A stretch of 64,000 bases of DNA from Utricularia gibba (Eukaryota; Plantae; Magnoliophyta), in the NCBI GenBank assembly GCA_002189035.1, contig CM007990.1:3286001-3350000 (forward strand), in the 5' to 3' direction. The translations under genes and the position numbers were made by a program. The notes beneath the pieces are model-generated. The model worked only from the letters and a program-made list of their open reading frames with translations, made no database searches and was not told where the DNA came from. Shown here piece by piece: positions 37,400 through 51,192 of the stretch (positions within the stretch are counted from its first letter, which is position 1; each line of letters starts with the position of its first letter).

Positions 37400-38250
37400 T
37401 CTTTGAGTAATATAGTATATTTTAACAATGCAAATCCCAATGAGCCAAAAGTATAGAATAGAGTTAGCATAAAAAGAGACAAAAGAGAGCAAAGGGAAGC
37501 ATCAAATCCCAAGGAACTAAAAAGGAGATATTTTGGACATAACGAAGAGGGGACCTACTGGTTCGAACACACGCAGAACACAATTTTGGAGAAAGGGAGA
37601 TTTGAAGAAAATCGTAGAAGTACCAAGAAGAACAAGGGAGAAGAAACCAAGAGCCAAGCAGATTTTACAAGATTTTTTTTGTTTATAGGAATGCAATGAG
37701 TAGTTTTAGCATTCCACATGAATTATTTATGATTTCTGTTCCTGTTTATATTTCTTTTATTGTTGTTGAACTCTGAAACAACAATGATATTTATTATATG
37801 TTATGAATGTATTTTATTTTATCTCTATATGAGTAGCCAAGTACCAAGGGATGCCTTGTGACCAAAAAGGACAAATGTGCTCATTGATCTTTAACTCATG
37901 CTAGCCATATAATTACATTATTTTCTTAACAAATTAGGATAGATTGAGGAGTAAGAGGTAGTGAAACCCATCTTAAATAACCCTAGTTAAAGTTATATCA
38001 AATATTAAGAGAAAAGAAAGATTTGGATAGACTTAAACTTTTGTTGACTAGATGCATAATTTTATGTTAGAAAGGGATGATTATAACTATGACTATGTTG
38101 TCCCCAAAAGTTTCAAGGTACCATACTATTTTCATTTAGAAAGGAATGTGATTTACTTGCTTATTTCTTTGCTGCATTTTATCAGAGACTTTCATTAGTC
38201 CTTACTTAAATGAAAACTTTCATCATAACAAACAATGAATACATTAACTT
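37400..38250 (+). mobile_element. LTR-like remnant, second family (LTR-B)
   Basis: Shares catcaaatccca (37500 / 43239) and gatgccttg (37860 / reverse at 20084) with other copies. Confidence 0.45.
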
Positions 38251-41200
38251 TTACATGTCAAGCACATAGCTTCTTTTTCTTTGACTTGAGTTGGGTTAAA
38301 AGCATGGAATGTATTTGCACCATCACCATCTTCAAATAAAGTATTTTCTACAATGGTACCATGGATAGCATATAACAATGCAGCCTCTAATACACCGGCA
38401 ACTTCTAGCGTATGAAATGGGTGTTCAACCCTAATCCATTATGATCGTTATTTATTCTATGATTGAGTATTGATTAGATTTATAAATTTATTTGATGGAA
38501 GAATTGCATTTTAATGACATGTGTAAATTTTCCGTTTATCATGTTGCAATTTTCTCTTCACATAAAGAGTAAGTTTATGATTTGTTTTAAAAATTTTTAT
38601 CTTTGTTTGCTTGGTAGTGAGTTTGTATGTAAAATGTTAACCTCACTCTTATGGGTTACCATTGGTGAGATCTAGGATTTTCGTGAAGTATAAGCAAGTA
38701 CAATGACATTGGAATATGCATTGAAATGAGGTTCAACATCATTAAATTCAAAGATTTGTGATGGATTTGAGATGATGATACAACCTTTAATTATTGTTAT
38801 AATACTAATAACACTCTGCTAATTGACAATTCACTAGATAAGTCACTTCTAAATCTTGTAATCTACACATCCTTATATATAACTATCATAGAATTCATCT
38901 ATTTTAATTTCATTTTATCATATTCAACATGTAAACAATGAATATTACCTTTTTTCTTATGGCATGACAAAAAGTGAGGATAATAATTATAGAGTGATGG
39001 ATAAATTAGATTCTCTTTAGAAAAATTATATAAAATGGATGACATGAAAAACACCTAATTTTGAAAGGTTATGAACATTGAGAGCTTTATGCATCCTTGA
39101 AACATAAGTTCACATAGTTCTATTATACTAAGATAGTTATATTAGGTGGGCTATTTATTTTAATTTTATTAAAAAATTTAATGATCCAAATACATAATTT
39201 TAATAAATAATAAGGAAAATATATTGACAATGTAAATACTTCTATTCATGGATAAGACCATACCTTAGGCATCGCTTGTTATGAGAAGGGGCATCTGAAA
39301 TATCGTGGGCACCTCTGGTTACAAATAATCATCATAGTATTCTAGATGCTATTTGTTATTAGACAACCATCCAAGAGGAATATCAGGAGCATTGTTTATT
39401 ATTAGGATGAATATCTAAGGCAGTGTTTGTTATTAGATGCATGTCCAAAACATGAATTGTCATGATTCACCCTCACCTGGAACGATATTATCCGTTTTAA
39501 ATACTCAACCTTTATAATTTTATGTTCTCCTCTTATAGGGAAAAGACCTTGTGCAAGATTAGAAGTATTACTCTATTTTAAGTATATTTCATCCCCCCAT
39601 CCGTAACAAATGTGGAATACCATAATCGTCACAAGGCATCTTACTTTACATTCTTCCCCTCTTAGACATGTACTGTCTTTGATTAGTGCCACCTTATTCC
39701 ACCATTATCACAGGTTCAATTTTGGTTCTGATATATCGTAACTATCACAAGATTCATGGCCTTACATAAATAATTTCGGTTTTTTTTTCGATAACAATAT
39801 TTTTAAATTTTTTTTATAATTTTAAATAATAAAACATTTATATAAAAAATAACGCATGAACATTTTTTAAATGGCCCAAATGGTTAGGGATGTTCCATCT
39901 GCACGGTACACTACATTTAAGTGGCATGATAAGTTGCGTAAACCTATGGCTCATTATTCTGTTGACTACGATTAGAATATTAATTGCGGACTTGTATCAA
40001 TTATTTTTGTTCCTAACCTTAGGCCACGACTCCGTGTCCTCCGCTGCGCTTCAGTTATTACTCAGAATTGACCGACCTGCCCCGTGAAATAATAATTAAA
40101 AACTAATTAAAATAGACTACCCTTTTACATTTGCATCTAAAATTTTTATATTAGTTTTTTAATAAAAAGTTATGATGAATAGTTTTGTGTCTTACTTGTT
40201 GGATTTTACTGTGAAATTAAAAAATTCATTTTGTTTAGAAAATAAATTAGTATACTATTTTTGTATCGGTTCTTTTACTTCCCGCATCGGTATATTCTAG
40301 TGCAAGCAAGGAGCTATTCCATTGTTGTTCTCACTTAAATCTAATAACAAGAAAAATAAAAATATTCTTTATATAACAATTTTAAAACTTCTCTATTAAT
40401 GAATATATGAAATTATTTATGAAATGAAAAATATTGGAATATAACACTATTCATTTCTTGTGAATCCATGTAAGTTTCAGACTAATGTTTGACAATATGC
40501 GAACATATAAGAATCTAAATGATTCTCAGCAGCATACGTGATTACTAATTTGCTTTCATTTCCATCCAAGAAAAGTTTATTTCTTATTTATATTGAAGAA
40601 AAGTTTTATTTCTAACATGTTATGGAATAAAAATTAAAATTTTGAACCTTTTCATAATGATGAAATAGTTTGTGGGTTTTATAAATATTTTCAATAAATA
40701 TATTATCAATCATTGGTTGCAATAATTAAGATCATGTTTCACTAATTTGTTTACAATTTCAAAAATATTATTGAAATTAATGATCAAATAGATTGTGTGA
40801 TCACATGTAAAGTCAAAACATATAATAAATATAAATTATATTTAAAAATTTAAATCCAATCAATAAATATTAAGTTATAATTTCTTATATATTCGATTAT
40901 TTCATTTTGATTTCCCGATATAGTATTAATTGTTCTAATATTTGTGTTGAAGACAAATACTCTAATATTATATCAAAATTAGTAATCTGATGGGTTAAGT
41001 GAACACATATAAAGTTCAAATAAATAATAAACATGAATCACATTTGAAAATATTAAGTCTAATCAATTATTAATGAACTATTATTTTTTATATATTTGAT
41101 TATTTTAATTTTATTTAATCGTGTAGTATTATTTGTTTTAATATACATATGTCTTGAAAAAAAAAATGTATTTTTAAATACAACAGGAATAATTTTTTTT

Positions 41201-43049
41201 TCTCAATTTTTGTACCATTGGGAGAATCCATCTTTCACTACGGTCAATTGGGAGGTTTGGACCAGTCATTCATGTTTTTGGCTGGTTCCGATGAGTAGGA
41301 ATGGCTACAAAAAAGCATCCTTTTCACACCTCATTGTGCTCCACACGTACTGAGCGCGGTTCCACCCTAGCGCATCCTACCTCTTATATTGGGAGAAAGT
41401 GATGTGAATTATTCACTGATTGGCTTTTTTGTAAAAGTTGAAAAGGTAACACTGTAGCAACTAGAACAAACACAGGGTGGGGAGATTCTGTTGAAGTTAT
41501 TGAGCTTAAGAGAAACCGCAGTATCTTTGCAAGCTTGAGGGAGATAAAAAGGTGCTTTCAAAACAGCAGCAACGGCAACGACCGATTCTGTTAGGTTTTT
41601 TCATATTTATATGTGTGTTTATAAACAACTATCCCCAATACATAATGGCCCCAACTCTCAAGCCACTATTTGCTTGCGACAGCCCCTCTCAAACTCACAA
41701 GTGTACTTAGTTGTGAGTTTGCTATCTAAATAATCATGACAGCTCCGGCCAAGTGCCTTTGTAAATGTATCTCCAATCTGATTTTCTGAACATACTGCAC
41801 TGTGATCTCACTGTCCCCAACCCATTCACCAAAAAAATGGTTGTCAATTTCAATGCAATGACAATGACACTCTTCTTGTTACAAAAGAGTTCTGATCTCT
41901 CGGTGGCAGATGTTAAGAATTGAACTACTTTTCTTGTCCAAACCACCTCAGTCATTGTCGTAGCAAAAGCCCAATACTCAGCTTCAGTACTTGAATGAGC
42001 CATTATCCTCTGCTCCTTACTCTTCCAAGGTACCAAAATGCAACCAACATAAACACAAAAACTACTAGCTGAATGTCTGCTGGTTAAGCCCAATTTGTAT
42101 CACAGAAGCCATGGATTGAAGATAACTGGAGTTGATCAACAAGATCTTTATATAATAAAATTCATCATGTAGTGCCCCACACACATAGCGTAATATTCGC
42201 TTTACAGATTCCATAGCATCATATGCAGGCAAATACATATGTTGGCATATCAAGTTGACACTGAGTGTGAGATCTCGGCAAGTCAATGTGAGGTACTGCA
42301 AAGCTCCTGCTAAGGATCTTTGCATATTTGATCTGCCTCACGACAATCTGATTATTTGTTCATTGAATATCAATCCCTAGAAAATACCAAAGTTTGCTGA
42401 GATGAGTCATTCTATAAATATCCGTCACCCTTCACTTGATCTGTCGTATAAGGAATGAAGAATTCTCCATTATCACCATATCATCAACATAGAGTAGAAT
42501 AATTGCAATAGCACCATTTTGCTGATATAGGAATAGAGAGTGATCTGCAGTAGATTGAATAAAACCTATACTCAACAAGGTTGCTTTTCATGAAATCTCG
42601 GAGGGTATTACATGTAAACCTCTTCATGTAACTCACCATAGGAAGGCATTTCTAATGTCTAATTGGTATAAAGGTCAATCATAACATAAAGTCAAGCATA
42701 GCACAATGCAAATGGTTACTATTTTTTTAACATCGGGCTAAATGTTTCATCATACTTGACTTAACTATTGTGTAAAGCCACGAGCTACCAATCTTGCCTT
42801 GAACATATCCACTAAAGCATCAGGTTTATATTTAATCTTATAAACCCATTTGCAACCAACCACATTTGTATCTTCGGTCATGTAACAAATTCTCATGTGC
42901 TGTTCAAATTCATGGCTTCAATTTCTACAGTCATGAGCAAAATTGATAATACATGATTTTCATTGATTTTAAATTAGAAAAGTGTTGCATTATCTTATGA
43001 AGTTATGATGTTAATCAATATTTTGACATTTTTGTAAATGACAGCACGA

Positions 43050-44215
43050 TTTTAGTGTTTTATTCCATAGTAGAATTAAATAATTAATTTAACGTCAATC
43101 TTAATTTAATCTTCTTCATTAGAGTTATGCACCATATTTTCAGCAAGTACAATCCCAAGGAGTCGATAGTGGACAAGACATGAGAAGAAACATGGACACG
43201 AAAGGAGTGAGAAAAGCTGAAAAGGATAAAAAGATAAACATCAAATCCCAAGAAGTAGAAAAAAAAATTATTGGAAGAGAGGATAGAGAAAAGTACAGAG
43301 AGCTTCCCATAAGAGTAGAAGGGGGATTTAAAGAAAAATTGCAAAACAACACAAGGAATAAGGAGATGAAATTTGGAACTTAGCTTAGTTGAAGACATTT
43401 TTATTAGAAACATTACTTCTAGTTGAAAGTAGATCGCAAACATTGTTTTAGCCTTTCATTTTGAAACTATTTTTATTACTGATATTGTTCATTTTCTTCT
43501 TGTTAGATTCTGACTTGAGACATGTTCTTGATGTTAATTTGTAGAATCACGTTCTTTAGCTTTAATATGAGGCTAGGCATCATATGGTGTCTTGAGACCG
43601 AAACGAACAAGCATGCTTATTATTTTTAGACATGCAAACTAAATTATCACACCAATTCCCTAACAAATTAGGTAAGAACCAGGTGAGTAAACAATAATGT
43701 TTATCTTAAAACACTTGATTAGAGACAGACCAAAAGTTAGAGAAAACAATGGCTTTAGGTAAACTTGAACCTTTTGCTTATTATGATGAATCATTTTTTA
43801 GTTTAGGAGGGATAATGATAATGATGAGTATGCTGTTCTTAAAAACCTCAAGACAACACATTATTTATTCATAGAGAGTAATATGATTTGCTCATTTACT
43901 GCTTTTGCTGTATTATATCATAGAATTATAATAGTTCTAGCTTAGACTTAATCTTCATTGTAAGGAAATCAAAATGTATTAACCTTCACACAAAAAACAC
44001 CATGCTTCTTCTATTCGATCATAATTTTACTATGCTCATATTTGTTTGATGTTTGATTAAGATTTATTAGGTTTATAAATTTATTTGATATGAGAAATTG
44101 TAATTGTACAACAATGTGCGAAATTTCCCATTTATCAAATACCCAACATGGATTACGAGCCACCTCTTCATACAACGATGGCTCAGTTACCTCTTGTGCT
44201 GAAATAGACGTATCA
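43050..44215 (+). mobile_element. LTR-like insertion (LTR-B family) nested in the copia element
   Basis: Interrupts the copia coding region. Shares caagcatgcttat (43608) with the reverse strand at 20058 and catcaaatccca with 37500. Boundaries and TSD not resolved. Confidence 0.5.
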
Positions 44216-44669
44216 TCAACAACGGTTTAGACATAATCTGCCAACTTCAGTGGTGGTCAATGTCTCATGGATTACCGCAAAGTAAGTGATGGGGTGGCTA
44301 TTACAATTATTAGTAAAAATATTACTTGTGCCAATGAAAGGAAATAATTCGAAGAATTTACTTGTATTTGGAGTGATAGATGTTGAAGCATATGTCAAAG
44401 CTTGATTATTTGTTCTTCTTTTTAAAGGCTGCTCAATTCTTGATGATGAAGTTAGAGAAGAACCACCTTTTGTTGAGATCTTTGCAGTCAATGCAGAAAT
44501 ATCTTTGTCTAAATTATAACGATCATAAAAATTAGTAGCAATGTGATTCAGATAGCAACAAATTTGGCAAGTCGCATCGGCTTGACTTTCCTCTCATGAC
44601 ACGCCCACAAACATTCCAACTTTGGCCTCGAGTTCCGTCGAGAGAGAATTTAACATAGTTTGGGTGATT

Positions 44670-44930
44670 TCCCCTTCATAATTGGAATGATTACGACGCC
44701 ACTGATTATGACGACCACGGTTACTAGAATAGTTGGTGTATAACATTGAATCAGTGAGCACGACTATTTTCTGAAGATTGCCCTGTTGATGTATAGTTGC
44801 GTTGAATATTGCACAAATCCATAATTGGAATGACCACCATACCCTGATTATGATGACCACGGCTATCAAAATAGTTGGTGTATAACACTGGATCAGTGGG
44901 CACGATAGGATAGGTTTCTGAAGATTGTTT
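44670..44930. repeat. Two ~140-bp direct repeats inside the copia gag region
   Basis: taattggaatga...ctgattatgacgaccacgg...atagttggtgtataaca...tcagtg..cacga...ctgaagattg at ~44680 and ~44822. Confidence 0.8.
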
Positions 44931-46439
44931 CATAATGCATAAAAGTAGGCAATGGCTGCTGCCATAACACAACATCAATGGTAAACTAATAGGTTTCTTG
45001 CAACCCCTCAATAAAGTACATCACTTTGTAAATAATATCATCAATTGTGCCAACTGATCACAAATAGAGCTAATTTCATTACGAAAGGTAAGAATGGATT
45101 TGTTACATTGTTTAATCTTAGTCAAATAACACTTCAATTGTAATATTTGGGATTCTATTTGTATCATACAAGAGTTCTTAAGTCCAATCCTTAAGGCATG
45201 CACATTATTAAGATGAAGAACTTGTGCCAAGATGCCATCAAATAACATGGATTTTATCAAGTCACAACCTGTGCATCCAAAGCCAACCAATTCTCATATG
45301 ACTGCTCAATTTCTTTTCCTGTGGGATCTATGACTTTCTTAAAGAGAATTATTAGAGGTGTGGTGATTATACCATCAATATAGCCATAACGATGTTGACT
45401 AACCAAATAATTGCTCATGAGGTTGCTCGAGATTGCATAATTGACATTATTGAGGTTTACCGGAATGACATGCGCAAGCATCCTAAGAGCAGACAAATCC
45501 CTCAAGCCCACTTATAACACCATGTTGAACTTGTTGAGCTTAAGAGAAGTCATAGGTGTTTGTAAGCTTGAGGGAGATAAAACGGTTCATTCAAACCCAA
45601 CAATGGTAATAACCAATTCTGCTAGAGTTTTTTCTTATTTATATGTGTATTTGTATATAGCTATCCCTCTAAACTATTGATAATATATATAATGGCTCCA
45701 TCTCTTTAGCCACAATTTCCAACGAATTCATTATCTGAGCTACAGGCTCATCATCAGAGTTGAAGTTGAGTTGGTCTTGAAACTTCATGTGATTGAGTTG
45801 CTCCCTTTTAATCTGGCAAGAATGTGAACCACTTCACTTGGACTTGATGTTGCAAGCTTTTGTATCAATTAGATGTAACAATTTATTCTCATCTTGCATG
45901 ATATTGCTTGCTTCTGGCACCTAACAATCACAATTTTACGTTCTTCTCTTCCAGAAGTCCTCATACTAGATTAGAGAATATTCCTGTATATAAAGTATTC
46001 TTCTATCATATCCATAATCGATGTAGAATTCCTCTAAGATCTTTACACCCTTCCTTAGGCTGTGCCTTTCCGCCCCACCATATAAATTGAGCATTCTTGT
46101 TGAGGTTCATCTCACCACCAATTATAGGTATGGGGTTTGGCTTTGATATAAAATATAACAATTCATCTTTTTTTTTTCATGATATTATACATCTCATACA
46201 TTCAATTCTCACGATTTTACGTTCTTTTTTTTTTTGGATAAAAGTCTGTATATAAGATTAGAAAATGCCCCTCTATATAAATGATCTTTCTACCCTATTC
46301 ATAACTAATGTGAGATTCAATTAATCATTACACTTTACGCTTTTGTAGATAGATTAGACTAAATATAACTTAATAATGATGTTCAATTGAGCCATTTTTA
46401 TTAGGTATTGGAGATCAATTTTCTTATATTCTCTTGAGA

Positions 46440-46900
46440 TTTGATGATGATTAGAAGCATACTAGCAAAAAAAAAAACATTATGAAAAATGGAATCAAAT
46501 CTTAAATTAAAATATCGAAAAATATAGTAAATCAACTATAGATCCTTAGATGGGAGTGGCTTGCATGCAAATGTTTGACTCTATTTTGAAAATAAACATG
46601 AAAGTCCGAAAAGTAAAAAGAAAAAGTATTGAAAAGATGTATAAAATATTTGAGATATTTATATAAGAATAGATTTGAATCTTTTATTAGGTTTGCATGA
46701 TAGATTTAATTAAAAGTTTTATTTAAGTTTCAATTCTTGGATCAAATATCCATTCATACACATCCTCTTAGGTCTAAATTTGTATATTTCCAAACCCATA
46801 ATTTTTTGGTCTTTATTTATTTCAAATTAAATAAAAAATACCCTAAAAATTTATAAAATATATTTTCTTTTGTAAAATATTAAATTAATATAAAATATGG
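46440..46900 (-). mobile_element. Partial LTR-A remnant, inverted relative to the adjacent solo LTR
   Basis: 46458-46533 is the reverse complement of the LTR-A block at ~48850-48925. Confidence 0.6.
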
Positions 46901-46943
46901 AAAATTAATAAAAAAAATGAAAAAATAGAATATAAAACCAATA

Positions 46944-49393
46944 TGATAAATGATTTTGTGTCGTTCCAAAATATGTTTTTCCACTACTATTGATGTGTGT
47001 CGTTTCCACAACAAATTTTAATACTTTTAAAACATCGTAAAACACCAAAGCGTAGTACGGGTATCGAACACAGGGAGCGGTTTTTGAGTGAAAGGTGAGG
47101 CACCCCGAATACAACTGTCACGATTTGTAAACGGTTTTGAAGGTAAAAGGTGCGAGAAATGTTGATGATGAAGCTTGAGTAAAGGAAAGAGAGGGGTTTT
47201 GAGCAAACAACTAAAATGAACATAAGCGATGAACCTTAAATAAAGTAAATGTTCCTAGGTTTGGAATCCTGTCCAGCTATATTCGTTGCGTCTTCACTCT
47301 TCTTTGGTCCTCTCGAGTATTCGGTTATAGGAGTAAAGAATTGCCTACCCTCCCTTACACTCTCTTGCAAAAAGGCACGGGAATAGCCCGATGTTGCTCC
47401 TCCTTGGACGAACGTGAGAATAAGAGGTCCTGCCAGCGTACCCTCACGGCCGAATTACGCGCGTGTGCCCGAGTGTTGCCAATGACCCAATGAGTCCAGA
47501 TACGAGGTCACTACCTGTCCATTGATCCTGAGGTACGGCCACAAACAAAACGTTGTCTTCCTCCTACAAAAAGGGCTCGAGTTGGTGCTTTCCACCTTGC
47601 TCCTCTCCAAAATCCGCGGGTAGTGATCAGCTAACCATGAATCGTGAATAAGGGGACTGTTACAGAAAGACTGCAACATAGTCGCAGCGAAGACATACGA
47701 AACCCGTTCGGATTCAGAGAAAATGTGAAGATAAGCTAACGATACATAGATCTGGTGGTGTTCCAACCCAGAAACGCAAGTTCCTAGCCGCGAACGGCCA
47801 TACAAACTAAAGAAAACGCAAACAAGGTTCTAGAGAGAAGCTAGAGGAAAATTCCTCTAGAGAGAGAAAACAAAAGGGAAACTAAGCTGAAAGTAAAACT
47901 AAACTTGTTTGAACATAACTGAACTTCATTGAGAGTATGAGCTTTTGTGTCCTTGTGATTCTGCTGAACTTGGGATGACTTGTAAGCAACGTCTGACACT
48001 GGTACGCTAATGATGCTGCCTGTTAGAGACTCTCGTGTTCCGCACGTCAAGGCTCATGATTAGGGGTCTGCAGTCTTCCGGAAATCAAGGGAATGTCAGT
48101 TCGGGAAAATCCAATTTGTCGCCATCTGATGCCCTTTTTCTCTCACTTCCTGTCACGTGTGTGCCTCTAGAAAAACTCAATTAAAACTATTAAAATTAAT
48201 AGATAAAATACAAGATTTAAGATAATTACCCTAAACTAGATAAGAACCTAAATCTCATATTATAGACTCTTAATTAGATAGTCCTAATCATAATTAAGCA
48301 TAAAAACAACCTAAGAATTAGTAATAAAATGACACTTAACAACTATTGAGTGTTGTTTTTACATATCTTAGACTCCACTCTCTCATTATTTTCAATTGAT
48401 TTTCTATCTTTCATACTACTTTGATCTTTTTGGAGAGAAAGTGTATTTTGTGGATTTTTAGAATACTTTTTGATCAATTTGAGAAGAAATCAAGACCCAT
48501 CAAATTATGGACTTGATGTGCCATGAATCTCAGCCCAAGACTCAATCAAACAATGAAGATTTGATTTAAGATTCGTGAATAAAATAGAAATATGAAGATA
48601 ATCTTCGAAGATTTGGATAAATGATTTGAATATAAGATTTTATCCAAACCCATCAAACAAGCCCAATACAAATATTTGGATCTAATCTCCTATAACTACA
48701 TCACTCTCTCAACCATTAGAAACGTCTTTGATCACTTTTCTTTTGTATTTTTTCCTATTTTCATGTTGAAGTCGAGTTTGCGCATATAAAAACTTGTGGT
48801 TGAAGATCTGCGGTGAAGCCTTCCTTGCACAAGTCCTGCGCGTGTGACTATTTTACTATGTTTTTCGACATTTAAATTAAGATTTAATTCTGTTTTTCAC
48901 AACTTTTTCTTCACCAACATACTTTTTAGTATCACCTAACCCGAAGGGAGTATGAGAGAATGAAAGGTTGGCCTCAACCACCTAAGGAGAAGAGCTCAAT
49001 CGGACATTGTTGGTAAGACACATTCTGTTTAATCTATCTGTGAGATGTGAGATGTAGGAGTTAGATTTGGGTGTGGGAAAAACATGGATTATCATGAGAG
49101 TTGAAATGACTCTGGTGGCATAGTTGATTTCATAATCCCACAAAACAAGGGACGGTGCTATAACGGTCACCGAGTAGCACTATTTTAGAATAATACCCTC
49201 AAACCTTGCGCAAGCAGGTCATACTTCAAGGTTTGCACACGCGTAAGGGACGAGTTTTTAAACCCAAATCTTTCTTGTGTTTTTAGTCTTTTTAAATTTT
49301 TGTTTGAAAAGAAAATTTCAATAATAATTCCTTATGAATACAATCTTATTTTATTACTTCGACGGTTTCTGTGCACTTGCAGAATCACCATCA
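46944..49393 (+). mobile_element. Solo LTR (LTR-A, ~1.1 kb net) with 5-bp TSD CAATA, interrupted by a nested solo LTR
   Basis: Starts TGATAAATG at 46944 and ends ...caccatCA at 49393. caata at 46939-46943 and 49394-49398. The 3' end matches the 5' LTR end of the Athila-like element at 22800-22888. Confidence 0.88.
46991..48341 (-). mobile_element. Nested solo LTR (LTR-C, 1351 bp) with TSD ACTAT
   Basis: TG...CA termini (tgatgtgtgtcgtttcc ... aaaatgacacttaaca). actat at 46986-46990 and 48342-48346. Homologous along its length to 57078-58401. Orientation is inferred. Confidence 0.9.
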
Positions 49394-50077
49394 CAATACA
49401 AAAAAATAAAAAAAATAATAAAAAATATGTTTTAAAACGATTCAAAATCATTTATTATTTATAGTTATTATATTCAATCTCTAACAAATTTTAGGTATGT
49501 AAGGAAAGTTTACATGTCAGAAAGTGTGTAGTAATGTATGTTTTATCCTATCATACACACAACATGTATGCCTTATTTTGCCATGACTTTCAGTAATGGA
49601 TCACAACAAACCTGAGTACTTAATTCCAGCATGGTAATATTTTTTATCATGGTTATAATATATAGAAAATTACATTTAACACTCCTTATAAAGGAAGTTT
49701 GGGTTGAGTGTAAATCTCTACATGCTGTCCTATGGAGGGAAGATTTGTCCTTTGTCGCTAAGTAATATTAACAAATTAAGGATGTCTAGATAACTACATG
49801 GACGGATAGAATTACTAATTTCGAAAAATTATTTCAAAATAAACATTATTATCAAATATAAATGATATACAAATTTAAAAGTGTTTATTGTTTTTAAAAA
49901 GCTACAGATCCTAAATTCAATTTTATTTGAAATTATTTTCTAAAAATGGTTTTGAAAAAAAAAACATTAGTCATACACGATAAATATAGAAAACTTGGGT
50001 AATTAGATACATTTGAATAGTGCCTGCCAGTTGGTTACTTGCGAATGGATGCCTTGTCCGGTGGCTGCTCATCTAAA

Positions 50078-50620
50078 AATATATATATATATATATATAT
50101 TTTATTTAATTTTATTTTCGTTTAGGTGGGTTGCCTATGGAAAGAAATGGAATCTGGAAGCTTCCTTCCATGTGAGGATTAAAGGCGAAAGCAACTCCCC
50201 GAAACCCCTGGTGGTAACAAGGTAGCAGCAGCCAACCGCCGCCTCGTATTTGGAAGTCACTGTTCCAAACCAAACTTCTTTATTTGCATCCATGTACATC
50301 AATAACTAATAAAAATCAAATACCCCCGTCGCGTGGTGTGGCGTGGTGTGTGTGTTCAGTTCAGTCCAGTCCAGTCATCAGTGTTGTGAATGCTGATGGA
50401 AATTGATTCCTTTCTACTTTGATGTATCCAACGTAAAGTAAAAAGAAGCAGCTGTCATTTATGATGTTACTGTGGCTATTTATTACGCAACTGCAACTGC
50501 AACTGCAACCGCGGATCGGACCCAACCAACGTACACAGGTTTGTTCAGTCGTCCGAGGCACCTGGTTTTGCGGATGGATCGCACAGGCACAGCACCAGCC
50601 AGATCAGATCAGATCAGATC
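50078..50620. repeat. Cluster of short simple repeats upstream of HTH
   Basis: (AT)n at ~50078-50099, GCGTGGTGTG x2 at 50331, (TTCAG/TCCAG)n at ~50375, (GCAACT)3 at 50487 and (AGATC)4 at 50601-50620. Confidence 0.85.
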
Positions 50621-51057
50621 GCATCTCCCTAATTCTGTTTGCTTTCTTACAAGCATTTTTGCTATGTTTTTTTTTCCCTTTTCCCAGGGACGCTGATGGA
50701 ATGGAATAATCTCACCTTACCAGTCAACACTTGGCTATGGAGCTCTCAGTCGTGGGCTTGTGAGAGAGAGCCCCTCCCCTCCCCTCCATTCATCTAGCGA
50801 TGCGCCTGCTCTGCTCTGCTCTGCATTTGATTCCATTCTCTCACCAGAGTCCCAGTTTTCGCAGTTGGCATCTCCCCTTTCACTTCATTTTACTCTCTTC
50901 TCTCAAACTAGAACCTTCGGCCCTCTATACAAGGTCGAGCATTTTCCAACTGTTAAAGAGAATCGCAAGTCCCAGCAACACAACTTAAGTTGGTCTGCGG
51001 CTATAAATTTTTGTATTGTTTCCTCTGTTTTTGTTGTTGGTATATATAGCCTACTGC

Positions 51058-51066
51058 CTATATAAG
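51058..51066 (+). promoter_or_regulatory. Candidate TATA box of the HTH-like gene
   Basis: ctatataag ~130 bp upstream of ATG 51193, followed by a CT-rich leader. An alternative ctataaat lies at 51001. Confidence 0.45.
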
Positions 51067-51192
51067 GGGGTCCCGTGCTTCCACGGACCTGCTGCTCGAG
51101 CACTTTCTCTCTCTTTTGTCTTCGACGACGGCGAGACCGAGAGTTGCAGGAAGGAATTGCGCTCTTTACTTTCCATCACTTCAGATTCGCCA

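Larger units (their letters stand above)
41489..45724 (-). mobile_element. Ty1/copia LTR retrotransposon, degenerate, both LTRs present
   Basis: LTRs 41489-41681 and 45523-45724 (~200 bp; shared ttgagcttaagagaa...aagcttgagggagataaaa). PBS-like tggtgttataag just inside the right LTR and PPT-like gtttgagaggggc inside the left LTR (minus strand). Flanks gattc/aattc. gag at 45021-45511; RT/RNase H SLAGALQYLTLT and WKSKEQRIMAHSSTEAEY at 41734-42325. Confidence 0.85.
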
